From: a candidate division FCPU426 bacterium
Lineage (GTDB): Bacteria > Oederibacteriota > Muellerivitia > Muellerivitales > Muellerivitaceae
Direction of reading: 5' to 3'
Length of the DNA stretch: 52,266 nt
Assembly (NCBI GenBank): GCA_963830915.1
Contig: CAWHOE010000058.1
Location: 1 to 52,266 of the forward strand
Below, piece by piece: positions 10,872 to 21,740 of this stretch. Positions within the stretch are counted from its first letter, which is position 1, and the number at the start of each line of letters is the position of its first letter. A program made the position numbers and the translations under genes. The notes under the pieces are model-generated. The model made no database searches and was not told the origin of the DNA. It was given only the letters and a program-made list of their open reading frames with translations.

Positions 10872-11096
10872 ATGGACGAGGCATTCCAGAAAAAACTCCA
10901 GAAAGACGCCTTGGAAGCGGTCGTTAAAGGCTTGGAAGAAAAGATCGCATCCATTGTTTGTCCGATCCACCATCAAAATCCAAGATTGAAATTCTCCGAA
11001 GATTCGGGGCCAGGCGAGCAAAAGATGTCCTTTGATTGTTGTTGTGAGAAACTATCGGAATTGCTGCAGAAAACCCTTCAAGAGGCAAGTTCATGA
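10872..11096 (+). CDS. Small hypothetical protein with CPxH and CCC motifs
   Basis: 74 aa, GAGG upstream, ATGA overlap with the next gene; VCPIHH...FDCCCE. Confidence 0.6.
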   Translation: MDEAFQKKLQKDALEAVVKGLEEKIASIVCPIHHQNPRLKFSEDSGPGEQKMSFDCCCEKLSELLQKTLQEASS

Positions 11097-12106
11097 CTCG
11101 AAAAATCCATTGGGGTATCCTTTCCACGGGCAACATCGCCAGGACATTCGCGGAAGCCGTTCTTCAATCTCGAACGGGAAGGTTAATCGCGGTAGCCAGC
11201 CGGTCCCAAACCCAGGCTAAAGTATTCGGGAATTCATTCCGTATCCCCCGAACCTATGGAAAATACAAGGAACTCCTCCAGGATCCAGATGTGGACGCGG
11301 TTTACATCGCCACTCCCCATCCTTTCCACATCGAGTGGGCGATCGAAGCCGCAAAACAAAAGAAGCATATCTTTTGCGAGAAGCCGTTGACCATAAACCT
11401 ACGAGAAGCGCTTCGGGTGGTGGAGGCCGCACGGAAGAACCAAGTTTTCTTGATGGAAGCATTCATGTACCGATGCCATCCCCAGACCAGAACCTTGGTC
11501 GAGCTCATCAAGAAAAAAACCATAGGCGATCTAAGATTGATCCAGGCGAGGTTTTGTTTTAACCGGCCGGTAGACCTAAAGAGCAGACTTTTCAATAAAA
11601 AGTTAGGAGGCGGAGCCATTTTGGATATCGGCTGTTATCCCGTCTCCATGGCTCGACTCTTGGCGGGAGTGGCGATGGGAAAATCCTTCCTTGATCCCGA
11701 GGTCGTGATGGGAACGGCTCTGATTGGAAAGAAGAGCCGAGTGGATGAGTTGGCGATCGCTTCTTTGAGGTTCCCAGGCGGAATTTTAGCCGAACTTTGT
11801 TGCGGCATAAGGTTGGGACGGGGAGTGGGAGTGACCCTTTGGGGCTCGAAGGGAAGGATCCATGTCCCAAGTCCATGGCATCCGGGTAGGTGGAGCAAAG
11901 GGATATCAACCATCGAAGTCGCTCTTTACGATAAGAAAAAGCCGAAGATATTGAAGATAAAGGAAACTCGAAATCTCTATGCTCTGGAAGTGGACGAGGT
12001 GGGTCGGTGTCTGTCGAAGGGACGAAAAGAATCACCCAACATGTCCTGGGCGGACAGCCTAGGTAACATGAAAACCATCGAACAATGGTTGAGAAAAACC
12101 CGCTGA
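11093..12106 (+). CDS. Gfo/Idh/MocA family NAD(P)-dependent oxidoreductase
   Basis: WGILSTGNIA, DAVYIATPH, HIFCEKP, EAFMYRCHP, GGGAILDIGCY. Confidence 0.92.
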   Translation: MTRKIHWGILSTGNIARTFAEAVLQSRTGRLIAVASRSQTQAKVFGNSFRIPRTYGKYKELLQDPDVDAVYIATPHPFHIEWAIEAAKQKKHIFCEKPLTINLREALRVVEAARKNQVFLMEAFMYRCHPQTRTLVELIKKKTIGDLRLIQARFCFNRPVDLKSRLFNKKLGGGAILDIGCYPVSMARLLAGVAMGKSFLDPEVVMGTALIGKKSRVDELAIASLRFPGGILAELCCGIRLGRGVGVTLWGSKGRIHVPSPWHPGRWSKGISTIEVALYDKKKPKILKIKETRNLYALEVDEVGRCLSKGRKESPNMSWADSLGNMKTIEQWLRKTR

Positions 12107-12113
12107 TCTTTGG

Positions 12114-12935
12114 TTAAGCTTGGATCATCCCCTCGAGACCTTTCCTGGTTCCCGCCAAGCCATGGTAGTGCACATGTGAAAATAGGTCCGATGCGATCTT
12201 CAGTCCTATCAACAATAAGATCACAAACTTCGTAGTCCCAAAAATAAATGTCAGGAAAGCCCCAAAAATGATCGTCACGTGCATGATCACGACCCTTTTA
12301 TAAGGTTCGGCCATCAGGTCCTGCCGTCCTGGATTGACGGAACGCTTGGCGACCCACATGACAAGAGCCTGAGTTTTAGGCGATAGGGTGATTTGTTTGG
12401 GTCCGGAGATGGTTTGGATCGTGGGACGCAGCTCGGCCCGCCAATCTTCCATTGGATGGTAATCGGTGGTCTGTGTTGGAGAGGGAGGGTTGGCGGATGG
12501 ATCAGGAACAGTCGTCGAAAAAGGGGAAAGGTTAGGATTCCAGTCGTGCTTGAAAAAAGCATAACCGTGACTCAAGAACAAAGCCAGCGCGGGGATCCAG
12601 AACCCTTTATGAAAGAGAAGGTTTTGAAGGACCGGGAGGGGAGAAAAAGTATGTTTGAATTCGGGTGGGCCGAAAAAAGCTGTGAGGAACAAGAAGTGGC
12701 CGAACATGAAACCACCGAAGTGAACGCAAAAAAACGGGACCAGAAATATACTGAAGATCAACATGACCTTTAAGATCTTGATGATCTGATAGAAACCGAT
12801 GATGGCGGTTTCCATCCAAAATAGCACCATGATCGAATAAAGATCCCAATCAAAAAAGAGGACGCCGAATACAGGAATGAGGTTGGCGATCAGAAGGATC
12901 CAAACGGATGATTCCAAAAACAAGGATTTGTTCAA
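12114..12935 (-). CDS. Integral membrane protein, DUF6498-like
   Basis: LLIANLIPVFGVLFFDW, FFCVHFGGFMFGH, PYKRVVIMHVTIIFG; several transmembrane stretches; family recognised from memory. Confidence 0.65.
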   Translation of the reverse strand: MNKSLFLESSVWILLIANLIPVFGVLFFDWDLYSIMVLFWMETAIIGFYQIIKILKVMLIFSIFLVPFFCVHFGGFMFGHFLFLTAFFGPPEFKHTFSPLPVLQNLLFHKGFWIPALALFLSHGYAFFKHDWNPNLSPFSTTVPDPSANPPSPTQTTDYHPMEDWRAELRPTIQTISGPKQITLSPKTQALVMWVAKRSVNPGRQDLMAEPYKRVVIMHVTIIFGAFLTFIFGTTKFVILLLIGLKIASDLFSHVHYHGLAGTRKGLEGMIQA

Positions 12936-13004
12936 GGGTCCGCCCCAGACCGGAATGTGAAATCGAGGCTATTATAAATCGAAGGCCCGAGAATCCGAGT
13001 GTTT

Positions 13005-13846
13005 TTAGGCAGGAATGAGGCTGTCGTAGGTGCGGATCGCGGCGATACATTCCTCGATGAGGTAATCGGGCGTGGATGCGCCGCCGTGATGCCAACCTTC
13101 TTTTTACCTTCGAACCATTTGGGTTCAAGTTCTTGCGCCGTTTCCACATGGTGGGTGGCGTTGGGGAGGTTCATCTGACAGGTATCGGCCAACTTATGGG
13201 TATTGGAGGAGTTCCGACCCCCGATGACGATCATGATATCCACCTGTTTGGATAGCTCGGCCGCGGCGGATTGGCGGTCTTTCGTGGGTTTGCAGATGGT
13301 GTTCACCGCTTTAACCTCGGCGCAGCGTTTCTTCAATAGTCCGACGAACATATCGAATTTCTCCATCAAGAGGGTGCTTTGGCAGACCACGCCGATGCGG
13401 GAACCTTCGGGGACGTGGATGATATCCTCCTCGTTATAAACGATTAGAGGGTCCTTCATCCGGCTGGCGATGCCTTTCACTTCCACGTGTTTGGGATCGC
13501 CGATGATGACGATCTTCAAACCTTGCTCCTGCAGTTTCAACCCCTCGTTATAGATCTTGGTGACCAGGGGACAGGTCGTGTCGATGATCTCTAGGCCCTT
13601 TTCGTTCATTCGGTCCATGGTTTTTATGTCCAGGCCGTGGGCGGTAATGACGACTTTGTTATCCTCGACCTCTTCCAGGGAATGGACGATCTTTTTATCC
13701 AACGACGCCAGCCTGGCCACTTCCTGGGGGTTATGGATAAGAGAGCCGAAGATGTAGGCCTTTTCCATGGTCTCGGCCTTCTGAATGGCGCGTTTAACAC
13801 CGAAGCAAAAACCAGCGGCGTTGGCGATCAGGATCTCTCTTGGCAT
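13005..13846 (-). CDS. ispH: 4-hydroxy-3-methylbut-2-enyl diphosphate reductase IspH; one missing base near 13081 shifts the C-terminus
   Basis: GFCFGVKRA, LIHN, AHG, DTTCPLV, NTICKPTKDRQ, IGGRNSSNT; adding one G restores GITAGASTPDYLIEE, ending TAA at 13005. Confidence 0.95.
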
Positions 13847-13947
13847 GACCACTCTTTCAGGAAAAGTGAATAACTCACAACCGAGGGGCGATTATATATA
13901 ATGAGCAAACGTAAATAAAACCCCCTTCCCCTCGAAAAGGATCTCCG

Positions 13948-16900
13948 GTGAGCTTTTCCCTCTATTTGGGCCCCTATCAACCATTCCTTGAGGATGAATT
14001 ATCCGAGGCAGTTCAAGAATTCCGTAAGTCCGATCTTTTGTCCCCCTTGATCATTCTGGTCCCTAATCGTTCCCTGGTACGGCACCTAAAGGAAGAGCTT
14101 GCCCGAAAAAACGGTTCCATCTTCAATCTGAAGGTTCTCACCTTCCACCAATATCTGCAGGAATTCACCGAGGAAAAATGGATATTGGAAGGTTTTCGAG
14201 CACTCCCCGAGTCCCTCGTTTCATGGATATTAAAAGAGATCGCCCGATCTTCTAAGTCAACGGCCAGTTCTTTCGCCGCGGTCGAAAAAACGACTGGTTT
14301 CTATAAGACCCTCCAAACCACATTTTCCGAACTGCGCCAAGGCGGGTGGGAACCCACTGATCTCCTTGAATCCGCTAAAAAGATCGGCCGGGATAAAACG
14401 AAAAAAAGGCTTTCCTTGAAACTAGCTGAATTCTCAGGTCTTCTTGTCGAGTACGAAAAATGGAAGATGAAAAACAAATGGAAGGACCGCGAAGACCTTT
14501 ATGTGGATGCCCTGGCCCTTCCCGCGCCCGCGACCGCCATATGGACCTACGGGTTTTATGACGCGTCCGTCTTGCAACGGAAGGTCTTGAAACAACTTTG
14601 TTCCGGCCGTCAATCGAATTGGTTCATTCCCTACGAAGATCATCCCGCGTTCGAGTACGCCAAACCTTTCATGGAATGGGCGAATGAAAATGGAGATATA
14701 AAAAAATCTGGAAAGTATAAAAGCGAAATGGAAACACCGTTGGGGAGGCTGCAAGATCATTTATTTGAAACGGATTCGAGAAGCTCACCGCAAGCTGGGA
14801 TAGCCGCTCGAACTGACGACCATTCACAAGTTGGCCAGCCGAGAACCGAAGTCGAAGCATTTTCGGAGGGTGACGGTGAATTTGAAGTTTCAGACGTGAA
14901 GATCATCCTTTGCCCGGGGGAACCCCGCGAAATGCGGGAAGTGGTGAGGTCTGTCACTGAGGAGACCGAGAGGTGGAGAACGAACTTTTCCCAATGCGCT
15001 TTGATGCTCAGGCAGTTCGAAGCCTATCGGCGGAAGATCATCCCAGCCTTTGATAACCAAAAGATCCCGCTCGCGAAGAAGCCCCCGGTTTTCCTTCTGG
15101 AAACCCCGGAAGCCAAGGCATTCCTCCTTTTGCTTGAATGCTTTCAGAATGAATTTTCCCGAGAGTCCTTGATGGATTTCCTTTCCAGTCCCAATTTGGA
15201 TCCGGAGGGTTTCGGGCTAAAGGCCGGGGCTTGGAATCCGCACCTCTGGGACCAGACCTCCAAGGAAGCAGGCATTGTGGAGGGGGAGGGTGCGTGGCTG
15301 GACCGGATGAATGATCATTTGCGAAGCGGTTTCTCATCTGAAGGACAGGATGGGGAGGGTTTGGCGAAGGAAGAATGGGATTCACTCAAGGCTTTTCGGA
15401 ACAAAGTCCTGGAAACCCTCTTCACGGCCAAGCGGCTTTTCGAAAAAGAAAAGCACTGGGTGGGCAAATGCCAGGCGCTCTTCGACTTGGTCGAAAGGAT
15501 ATTCCGGTCCTCCGAGGCCAAGGAACAGCTCAAAACCCTGCGGAGGGGTGTGGAGATCTTGTCGAAGGATTCCTTCACTGTTGAGAAGGACGAGTTGGCC
15601 TCGCTCCTCACGGGGCTTATGGACGAGGTATCCATCCCATGGGAGATCACCGAACCCGGCGGGGTCGAGCTTTCGGACCTCATGCAGGCCCGGGGTGTTC
15701 CCTTTGATTTGATCGTCCTACCAGGCCTGGTCGAGCAGGGATTTCCCCGGGTGCCCCGGCAGGACCCACTTCTCTTGGACGAGGAACGACGCTTGCTCAA
15801 CGGACTCTTGGAGGGTAAGGCCCATATTCCCGAGAAGGCGGAAGGTCGCCTGGAAGAAAAACTTCTCTTTCTCCTTTCCGCTCGAAGCGCCCGCAAGTGC
15901 CTCATCCTGACCGCATCCCATCTTGACCCTGGTACGGGCGCTCCCCAGGTACCTTCCAGCTATCTGCACGAGGCCTTAAGGGCGTTAACGGGTAAACGCC
16001 AGGTGAAATGGGATGAACCTTCCCCTTACATCAAGAAGGTAGCGGTCTCCGATTGGGTCCGTGACGTTGGCGAGACCCGGGTAGATGACCTGGAAGAGGT
16101 GCTTACCCGGTTCCAGGAAGCCAGGGAGAAAAACCCAATATCCACCCAGGCCTATATGGACCAAAAACCATTTTTCCGGGAAGCAAGGGAGATGCTCCAG
16201 GAACGCCAGGGCAAGCGGCGGTTCACTTCCTATGACGGGGTTTTTCAAAGCAAGGACGCCATCCAAAAGCTCAAGGATTCCTATTCCCTCAAGGACAAGG
16301 CCCTCTCCGCTTCCCGCTTGGAGACTTACGCAGCCTGCCCCCTGAAATATTTCTACCGTTATGTGCTGGGGCTGAAGATCCACCCCGAACCTGAGCGGGT
16401 CTTCCAGCTGGATCCAGCGGAAAAGGGGAACCTCATGCATGAGGCCCTGGAAGAAGTGCTTTCTCGGGGCGTTAAGGAAGGTTGGCTCAAGGAGCGCGAC
16501 CAGGTGAAGGCCCGAAAGGCCTTGGGTGAGGAAACACAGCGCATCTTCCATCGGTTCGAGAAGGAAGGCGTACCCGGCTCCCTCGCCTTGTGGCAATGGA
16601 GTCAGTTCATTTTGACCCAGGACTTGGAAAGGGTTTTGCGGGAGGTTTTGGAAGACCCTGATTGGACTCCGGTGGATTTCGAGAAGGCCTTCGGGCGCTC
16701 GGGCCAGGCCGAGGTGGTCTTTACCAGTCCTACCGGAACCTTCAAGCTGGAAGGCTTTATGGATCGGGTGGATGTTTCGGCGGATGGGAAACATTTAAGG
16801 GTTGTGGATTACAAATCGGGTAAGCATGAAGGCTACAAGAATAACAGCGTGAAGAATGGCACCAAGATCCAGATGCCACTTTATCTATGGGCCTGCCGTA

Positions 16901-17195
16901 CGCTCTATCCTGATCTAATCCCTGAACAAGCGGTTTATGAATTCATTACCGCTAAAGGCGGTTACGGTTCCACTATCTTCGATGCGAAGGATTGGAGCAA
17001 GGTGGAGGAACCCCTGAAACCCTATTGACGACAGTTGCGGATGCTGTGGAAAAGGGTCTTTTTCCAGCCGCGGCCAAAGCTTGCCAATATTGTGATTTCA
17101 GGCTGCTCTGCGGACCAGGCGTGGAAAAGCGTGGCGAGCGAAAAACGGAAGATCCCAAGGTCGAAAGTTACTTCAAGTTGGAGGAACTTCCTTGA
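13948..17195 (+). CDS. addB: AddB/RexB-like helicase-nuclease subunit B; one missing A near 17017-17019 splits off the C-terminus
   Basis: IILVPN, LSASRLETYAACPLKYF, GNLMH, PD-(D/E)xK GFMDRVD...VVDYKSG, QMPLY; ORF 16992-17195 supplies the Fe-S motif CQYCDFRLLC; adjacent to addA. Confidence 0.85.
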
Positions 17196-20100
17196 TCTCC
17201 GACCAATCAATCCGGGACCAGGTCACTCACGATCACGAGACCCTTTTCGCGGTGGACGCGGGGGCGGGCACGGGCAAGACCACTCAATTGGTCGGTCGAC
17301 TGATCGCCCTATTATTGGAAAAGAAGGTTCCCTTAAGCCGAATCGCGGCCATTACTTTTACCGAAAAGGCCGCAGCTGAATTGGCCCAACGCCTGCGCTC
17401 CAAACTTGAAGAGGCTTTGGACAAGAACCCCGCCCAGAGAGACATTATCCTGACGGCTCTAGAAGACATGGAACGGACGCCTATTTCGACTATCCACTCC
17501 TTTTGCATGGGCTTATTGAAGGAGTATCCGGTGGAAGCCGGGGTGGACCCGCAATTTGCCCTGATGGACGAGGTCCAATCGGGAGCTTTCGAGTATCAGG
17601 CCTGGGAACATTGGCTCAAGAAAAACCTTTCCCAACCAGTGGAGCCGCTCTTCCAGTTCCTCCGCCTGGGCGGGACTTTCGACCATGTGGATGAATTGAA
17701 ACAGTTCCTCAAACGCAACCGGACCTTGTTGACCGTTCCGACGTTCCGCGACCTGCCTTCAATGGAAGCTTTCAAGGAAGAATGGAAGGATTTCCTTTCC
17801 TGGAGCCGTAAATCCGCGAAGGGTTGTTCCGACCATTCGGACTTGCTCTACCAAACCCTGGAAGAATTCTGGGCTAAAAGTGAAAGGATTAAATCGACCA
17901 AACCCGAGGACTTGGATTTTGAACTGGCAGCCTTGAAAATCCCAAAGGTGAAAAAAACAGGAAATCAAAAATCGTGGGATAAGGCCGTCTTGGCCGAGAT
18001 CCGCGGGGGGTTTGAACAACTCATGGAGTCCCATACCAAAGCTTTTGCTCCTTTTCGGGAAGCGGTGCTTTTAAACCTGATCCATTGGATAGGGGGTTAC
18101 CTGACGGAATGGGAAAGCCAAAAGGCCCGTAGCGGGTATCTTGATTTCGACGACCTGCTCCTGAAGACCCGGAATCTCTTGCGGGATAACCTGGAGTGCC
18201 GGGAAGAGATCAAGAAACGATTCGACACTCTTTTCGTTGACGAATTCCAGGACACCGATTCATTGCAAGTCGAGATCGTGTTCTTTCTCTGCGAACGTTC
18301 CGGGAGACAAACAAAGGATTGGAAGAAAGTGGTCCTGGCGCCAGGAAAGTTATTTCTGGTAGGCGATCCCAAGCAGAGCATCTACCGTTTCCGCCGGGCG
18401 GATGTAGCCATCTATGAGGCCACCAAGGAACGAATTCTGGCAAACGGGGGAAAAGTCGAAAAGTTGACCGAGAATTTCCGTACCGTGGGCGGGTTGGTCG
18501 AGTGGGTCAATGGACGGTTCGAAAACCTCTTCGAGGGTACGGACATCAATTATCAGGCCCTGAACGCCAGCCGGGAAAAGGGAAAGACCGAAGGAACACT
18601 TCCCATTCTTTGGGGCCTCCAGGTCCCTATCCCCGAAGGGTCGACGGATACCAAGGCTTTTTACCGACAACTGGAAGCCGAATGGGTGGCGGCCTATTTG
18701 AAAGAGAGGATCCTCAAAGGAGGTTGGACTGTTTCGGACCCCCAGACCCATCGGATCCGGGAAGTCCGTAATGGCGATATCGCCATCCTGTTCCGGGACC
18801 TTTCCAACGACAACGAGGAATTCTGGGAGGAAGCCCTGCGCAAGCGGAACCTTTCCTATCAAATCGTCGGGGGCAAGAGGTTCTATAACCGGCCTGAGAT
18901 CGTGGCGCTTTCCACCCTACTCACCTGTCTTTCCTCGCCAGCGGACGAGGCGGCTTGTGTGGCGGTCTTGCGGGGACCGCTCTTCGGTTTTTCGGACGAG
19001 GCGTTGTTCCTGCACCATGAGGACAGTGGCTCCTTCCTGTTCCAGGAAGAGGCCAAAGGGAAGATGGGAGAAGCCTTCAAGTATTTGAGGGATTGGTTCG
19101 ACGCCACCCGTACCCTGGGTGTTTCAGAGACCTTGAGTTACTTATATGAGAAAACGAACCTGCTGGCAGTGACCGCCGGACAACCCCACGGGGAACAGCG
19201 GGTCGCCAACTTGATGAAGGTTTTGGAGCAGGCCCTGAACCTGGAAACCTCCCAGCATTTCACCTACCGCGCCTTTACCCAGTGGTTGACCACCCAACAG
19301 GAGGAAGGAACCAGGGAAGGGGAGGCCCCGGGGCCCGATTCCTCGGAGGACCGCATCACGCTCATGACCATCCACAAGGCGAAGGGGTTGGAATTCCCCA
19401 TCGTTTTCGTATCCGCCTTGGCGGCGGACAAAAAGGAGACGGGAAGCCTGGTGGATCGCGCGGCCATGGCGGGCGCTTTCAAGGTTGGCAATGTGAAACT
19501 GGGATTGAAGACCCAAAACTACGACCAGGTCCAAGCGGACGAGGAACTACAACAACTGGCCGAGAACACCAGGTTGCTCTATGTGGCGGCCACCCGTGCG
19601 AGAGATTGCCTGATTCTTTCCAATTACCAAATGCCTTCCCAAGGCAAATACCCAACCGAAACACTCTTCGCTGGTCCACTCCTAAAGGCTTTGGAGGAAA
19701 AAGGATCACCCGTGCATTGGGCAGAACCAGCCGGTCTAGAGGCATCCCTGGACGATCCGCCGATTTGGACAGTGAGTTTGAACGCCGAGAAGGACAATCC
19801 CACCCTACAGGCGGAAATAGAAAAACTCGAAACTGACCGCCAAAAAAGAAAAGCCAAGATCGATGGATTAAAAGGCACCAGAATATTTCAATCGGTCACC
19901 TCGATCCTCGATGTGGATGACGTAAAAAAGAAAAAAGAAGAAGGTGTTTGGGATGGTCCGGAATCAAGCTCTCCTTGGGGGGGAAAAGACATGGGTTTCC
20001 TTGCCCACTTGCTTCTGGAAAAGGGATGGGAATGGGATGGCCCAACCGTCCAGAAAGCCGCGCGGGTTTATGGTGAAAAATTGGGAGTGTCACAACCAGA

Positions 20101-20440
20101 AATCGACCAAGTTGTGGGTTGGGTCGAAAAGGTTCGAAAAAATAAGATCCTTGAAAGAGCGAAAAATTCAAAAAAAGTATTTCGCGAATTACCTATAACA
20201 GGAAAACAAGAGGATGAAACCTATGTGAATGCTGTTATCGATCTTGCTTTCCTGGAAGAGGACGGATGGGTCATAGTGGATTACAAAACGGATAAGGATA
20301 TCCAAAAGAATCTGGAGAATTATTCCCAGCAACTGCGATTCTACTCTGACCTCTTGATCAAGATCCATGGGAAACCGGTCAAAGAAACGTACCTGATAGA
20401 TGTGCGGAACGGGAAAGAAATCCCGGTTATGTTGAAATGA
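17192..20440 (+). CDS. addA: AddA/RexA-like UvrD helicase with C-terminal PD-(D/E)xK nuclease
   Basis: AGAGTGKT, ITFTEKAA, STIHSF, FVDEFQDT, VGDPKQSIYRFRRAD, MTIHKAKGLEF, LLYVAATRA, IDLAF...IVDYKT. Confidence 0.9.
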   Translation: MISDQSIRDQVTHDHETLFAVDAGAGTGKTTQLVGRLIALLLEKKVPLSRIAAITFTEKAAAELAQRLRSKLEEALDKNPAQRDIILTALEDMERTPISTIHSFCMGLLKEYPVEAGVDPQFALMDEVQSGAFEYQAWEHWLKKNLSQPVEPLFQFLRLGGTFDHVDELKQFLKRNRTLLTVPTFRDLPSMEAFKEEWKDFLSWSRKSAKGCSDHSDLLYQTLEEFWAKSERIKSTKPEDLDFELAALKIPKVKKTGNQKSWDKAVLAEIRGGFEQLMESHTKAFAPFREAVLLNLIHWIGGYLTEWESQKARSGYLDFDDLLLKTRNLLRDNLECREEIKKRFDTLFVDEFQDTDSLQVEIVFFLCERSGRQTKDWKKVVLAPGKLFLVGDPKQSIYRFRRADVAIYEATKERILANGGKVEKLTENFRTVGGLVEWVNGRFENLFEGTDINYQALNASREKGKTEGTLPILWGLQVPIPEGSTDTKAFYRQLEAEWVAAYLKERILKGGWTVSDPQTHRIREVRNGDIAILFRDLSNDNEEFWEEALRKRNLSYQIVGGKRFYNRPEIVALSTLLTCLSSPADEAACVAVLRGPLFGFSDEALFLHHEDSGSFLFQEEAKGKMGEAFKYLRDWFDATRTLGVSETLSYLYEKTNLLAVTAGQPHGEQRVANLMKVLEQALNLETSQHFTYRAFTQWLTTQQEEGTREGEAPGPDSSEDRITLMTIHKAKGLEFPIVFVSALAADKKETGSLVDRAAMAGAFKVGNVKLGLKTQNYDQVQADEELQQLAENTRLLYVAATRARDCLILSNYQMPSQGKYPTETLFAGPLLKALEEKGSPVHWAEPAGLEASLDDPPIWTVSLNAEKDNPTLQAEIEKLETDRQKRKAKIDGLKGTRIFQSVTSILDVDDVKKKKEEGVWDGPESSSPWGGKDMGFLAHLLLEKGWEWDGPTVQKAARVYGEKLGVSQPEIDQVVGWVEKVRKNKILERAKNSKKVFRELPITGKQEDETYVNAVIDLAFLEEDGWVIVDYKTDKDIQKNLENYSQQLRFYSDLLIKIHGKPVKETYLIDVRNGKEIPVMLK

Positions 20441-20466
20441 TCACGAACCCTGGAATAGGATGAGGC

Positions 20467-21364
20467 ATGCCTCAACATCAATGCGATCCACATAATCCAA
20501 AGTCGTTGGACCTCAATAGACGCGACAAGATGCTCTGGGCCATCGGTTTCACCGCCTCCATCCTGGTTTTGGAGGCTGTCGGGGGCATCCTGTCGGGCAG
20601 TCTGGCGCTCGTATCCGACGCTGGGCATATGCTGACCGATCTGGCGGCGCTACTTATTTCCCTCACCGCCATGATCATGGCGAACCGCCCCGCCAGCGCC
20701 ACTCACACCTATGGTTACGCCAGGCTGGAAGTGTTGGCCGCCCTGGGAAACGCCTTCACCTTTTTTCTCATGGTCATCGGGGTGGCCTGGGAAGCGGTCC
20801 AAAGGCTGGCCCATCCCACCTTACCGGATTGGAAGATCATGGGGATCATCGCCAGCGTTGGGTTGGTCGCGAACGCCCTTTCCGCATGGTTCCTGCATGG
20901 GGCTGAAGAAGAGGACATTAATATCCAGAGCGCCTGGATACACGTCATGGGGGACCTGGCTTCTTCCATCGGGGTTTTGGTTGGGGTAGTCGTGATCGCC
21001 AAGTGGGGATGGACCTGGGTAGACCCCATCCTCAGTTTGGGCATCGCCGTCATGATCGGGATGAGCGCGATCAAGTTGTTCTGGAAAGCGATCCATATCC
21101 TGCTCGAATCGACCCCCAAGGGATTGACACCTGAAATAATCGACGCCAGTTTTCGGGAAGCCATTCCCGAGATCAAGGAAGTGCATCATATCCATCTGTG
21201 GGAAGTGGGATCGGGAGAGATCCATTTGACGGCCCATTTGGTCATCGCCGATCAGTCCTTAGGGGACGCCCAAAAGGTCCTGGAGAAGGCCTCTCATCGA
21301 TTGGAGCGGGATCATGAGAATCCGGCATTCCACCCTACAATTGGAACCGCCGGGCGGAAAATAA
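20467..21364 (+). CDS. Cation diffusion facilitator (CzcD/ZitB-like) metal exporter; one extra base near 21318 shifts the last codons
   Basis: SGSLALVSDAGHMLTD, TYGYARLE, HVMGD, VHHIHLW, LTAH; removing one base gives IRHSTLQLEPPGGK* ending 21364 and removes the overlap with the convergent gene. Confidence 0.9.
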
Positions 21365-21376
21365 ACCCACCTCTTA

Positions 21377-21730
21377 TTAACAGGCTTTCAACCACTCATC
21401 CAATTGACGCCCGATGTGGCTCAGGCGTTTGATCCATCGGTCATGTAATTCCTGGGAAAGCAGTACTTTTCTCAAGCAAAGCCCGATCAAAGGCACGCAT
21501 TCATGGACCAAGGAAACGGAAGTTTCCAGGTGCTTTTTAGTGCGGGCGGCGTTTTGGGAGTCCTGGGCCTTTTGGACGTCTTCTGATAGCTGGTGGATCT
21601 GGCGTTTCAACCTAGCGACAGCCTCGTTCTTAACCGCCCAAGGCAGATGTTGATAAACCTTGTTCACTTCCCCCGCCAGGTCGGAACATTGAACGGCCAG
21701 ATCCTCATTCAAGAATTCGGAAAGAGCCAT
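21377..21730 (-). CDS. Four-helix-bundle protein (23S rRNA IVP-like fold), divergent
   Basis: 117 aa predicted helical; SLVHECVPLI resembles the GSxxECxxxL motif of this family; GGGAG site before ATG. Confidence 0.5.
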   Translation of the reverse strand: MALSEFLNEDLAVQCSDLAGEVNKVYQHLPWAVKNEAVARLKRQIHQLSEDVQKAQDSQNAARTKKHLETSVSLVHECVPLIGLCLRKVLLSQELHDRWIKRLSHIGRQLDEWLKAC

Positions 21731-21740
21731 AGCTCCCTTT

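Noticed and set aside
13948..20440. Helicase-nuclease pair as an anti-phage defence system or Cas4/Cas3
   Set aside because: Size, order and motifs fit housekeeping AddAB; no cas genes or CRISPR array are nearby
21377..21730. Four-helix-bundle protein as the Avd of a diversity-generating retroelement
   Set aside because: No reverse transcriptase and no template/variable repeat pair seen in the window
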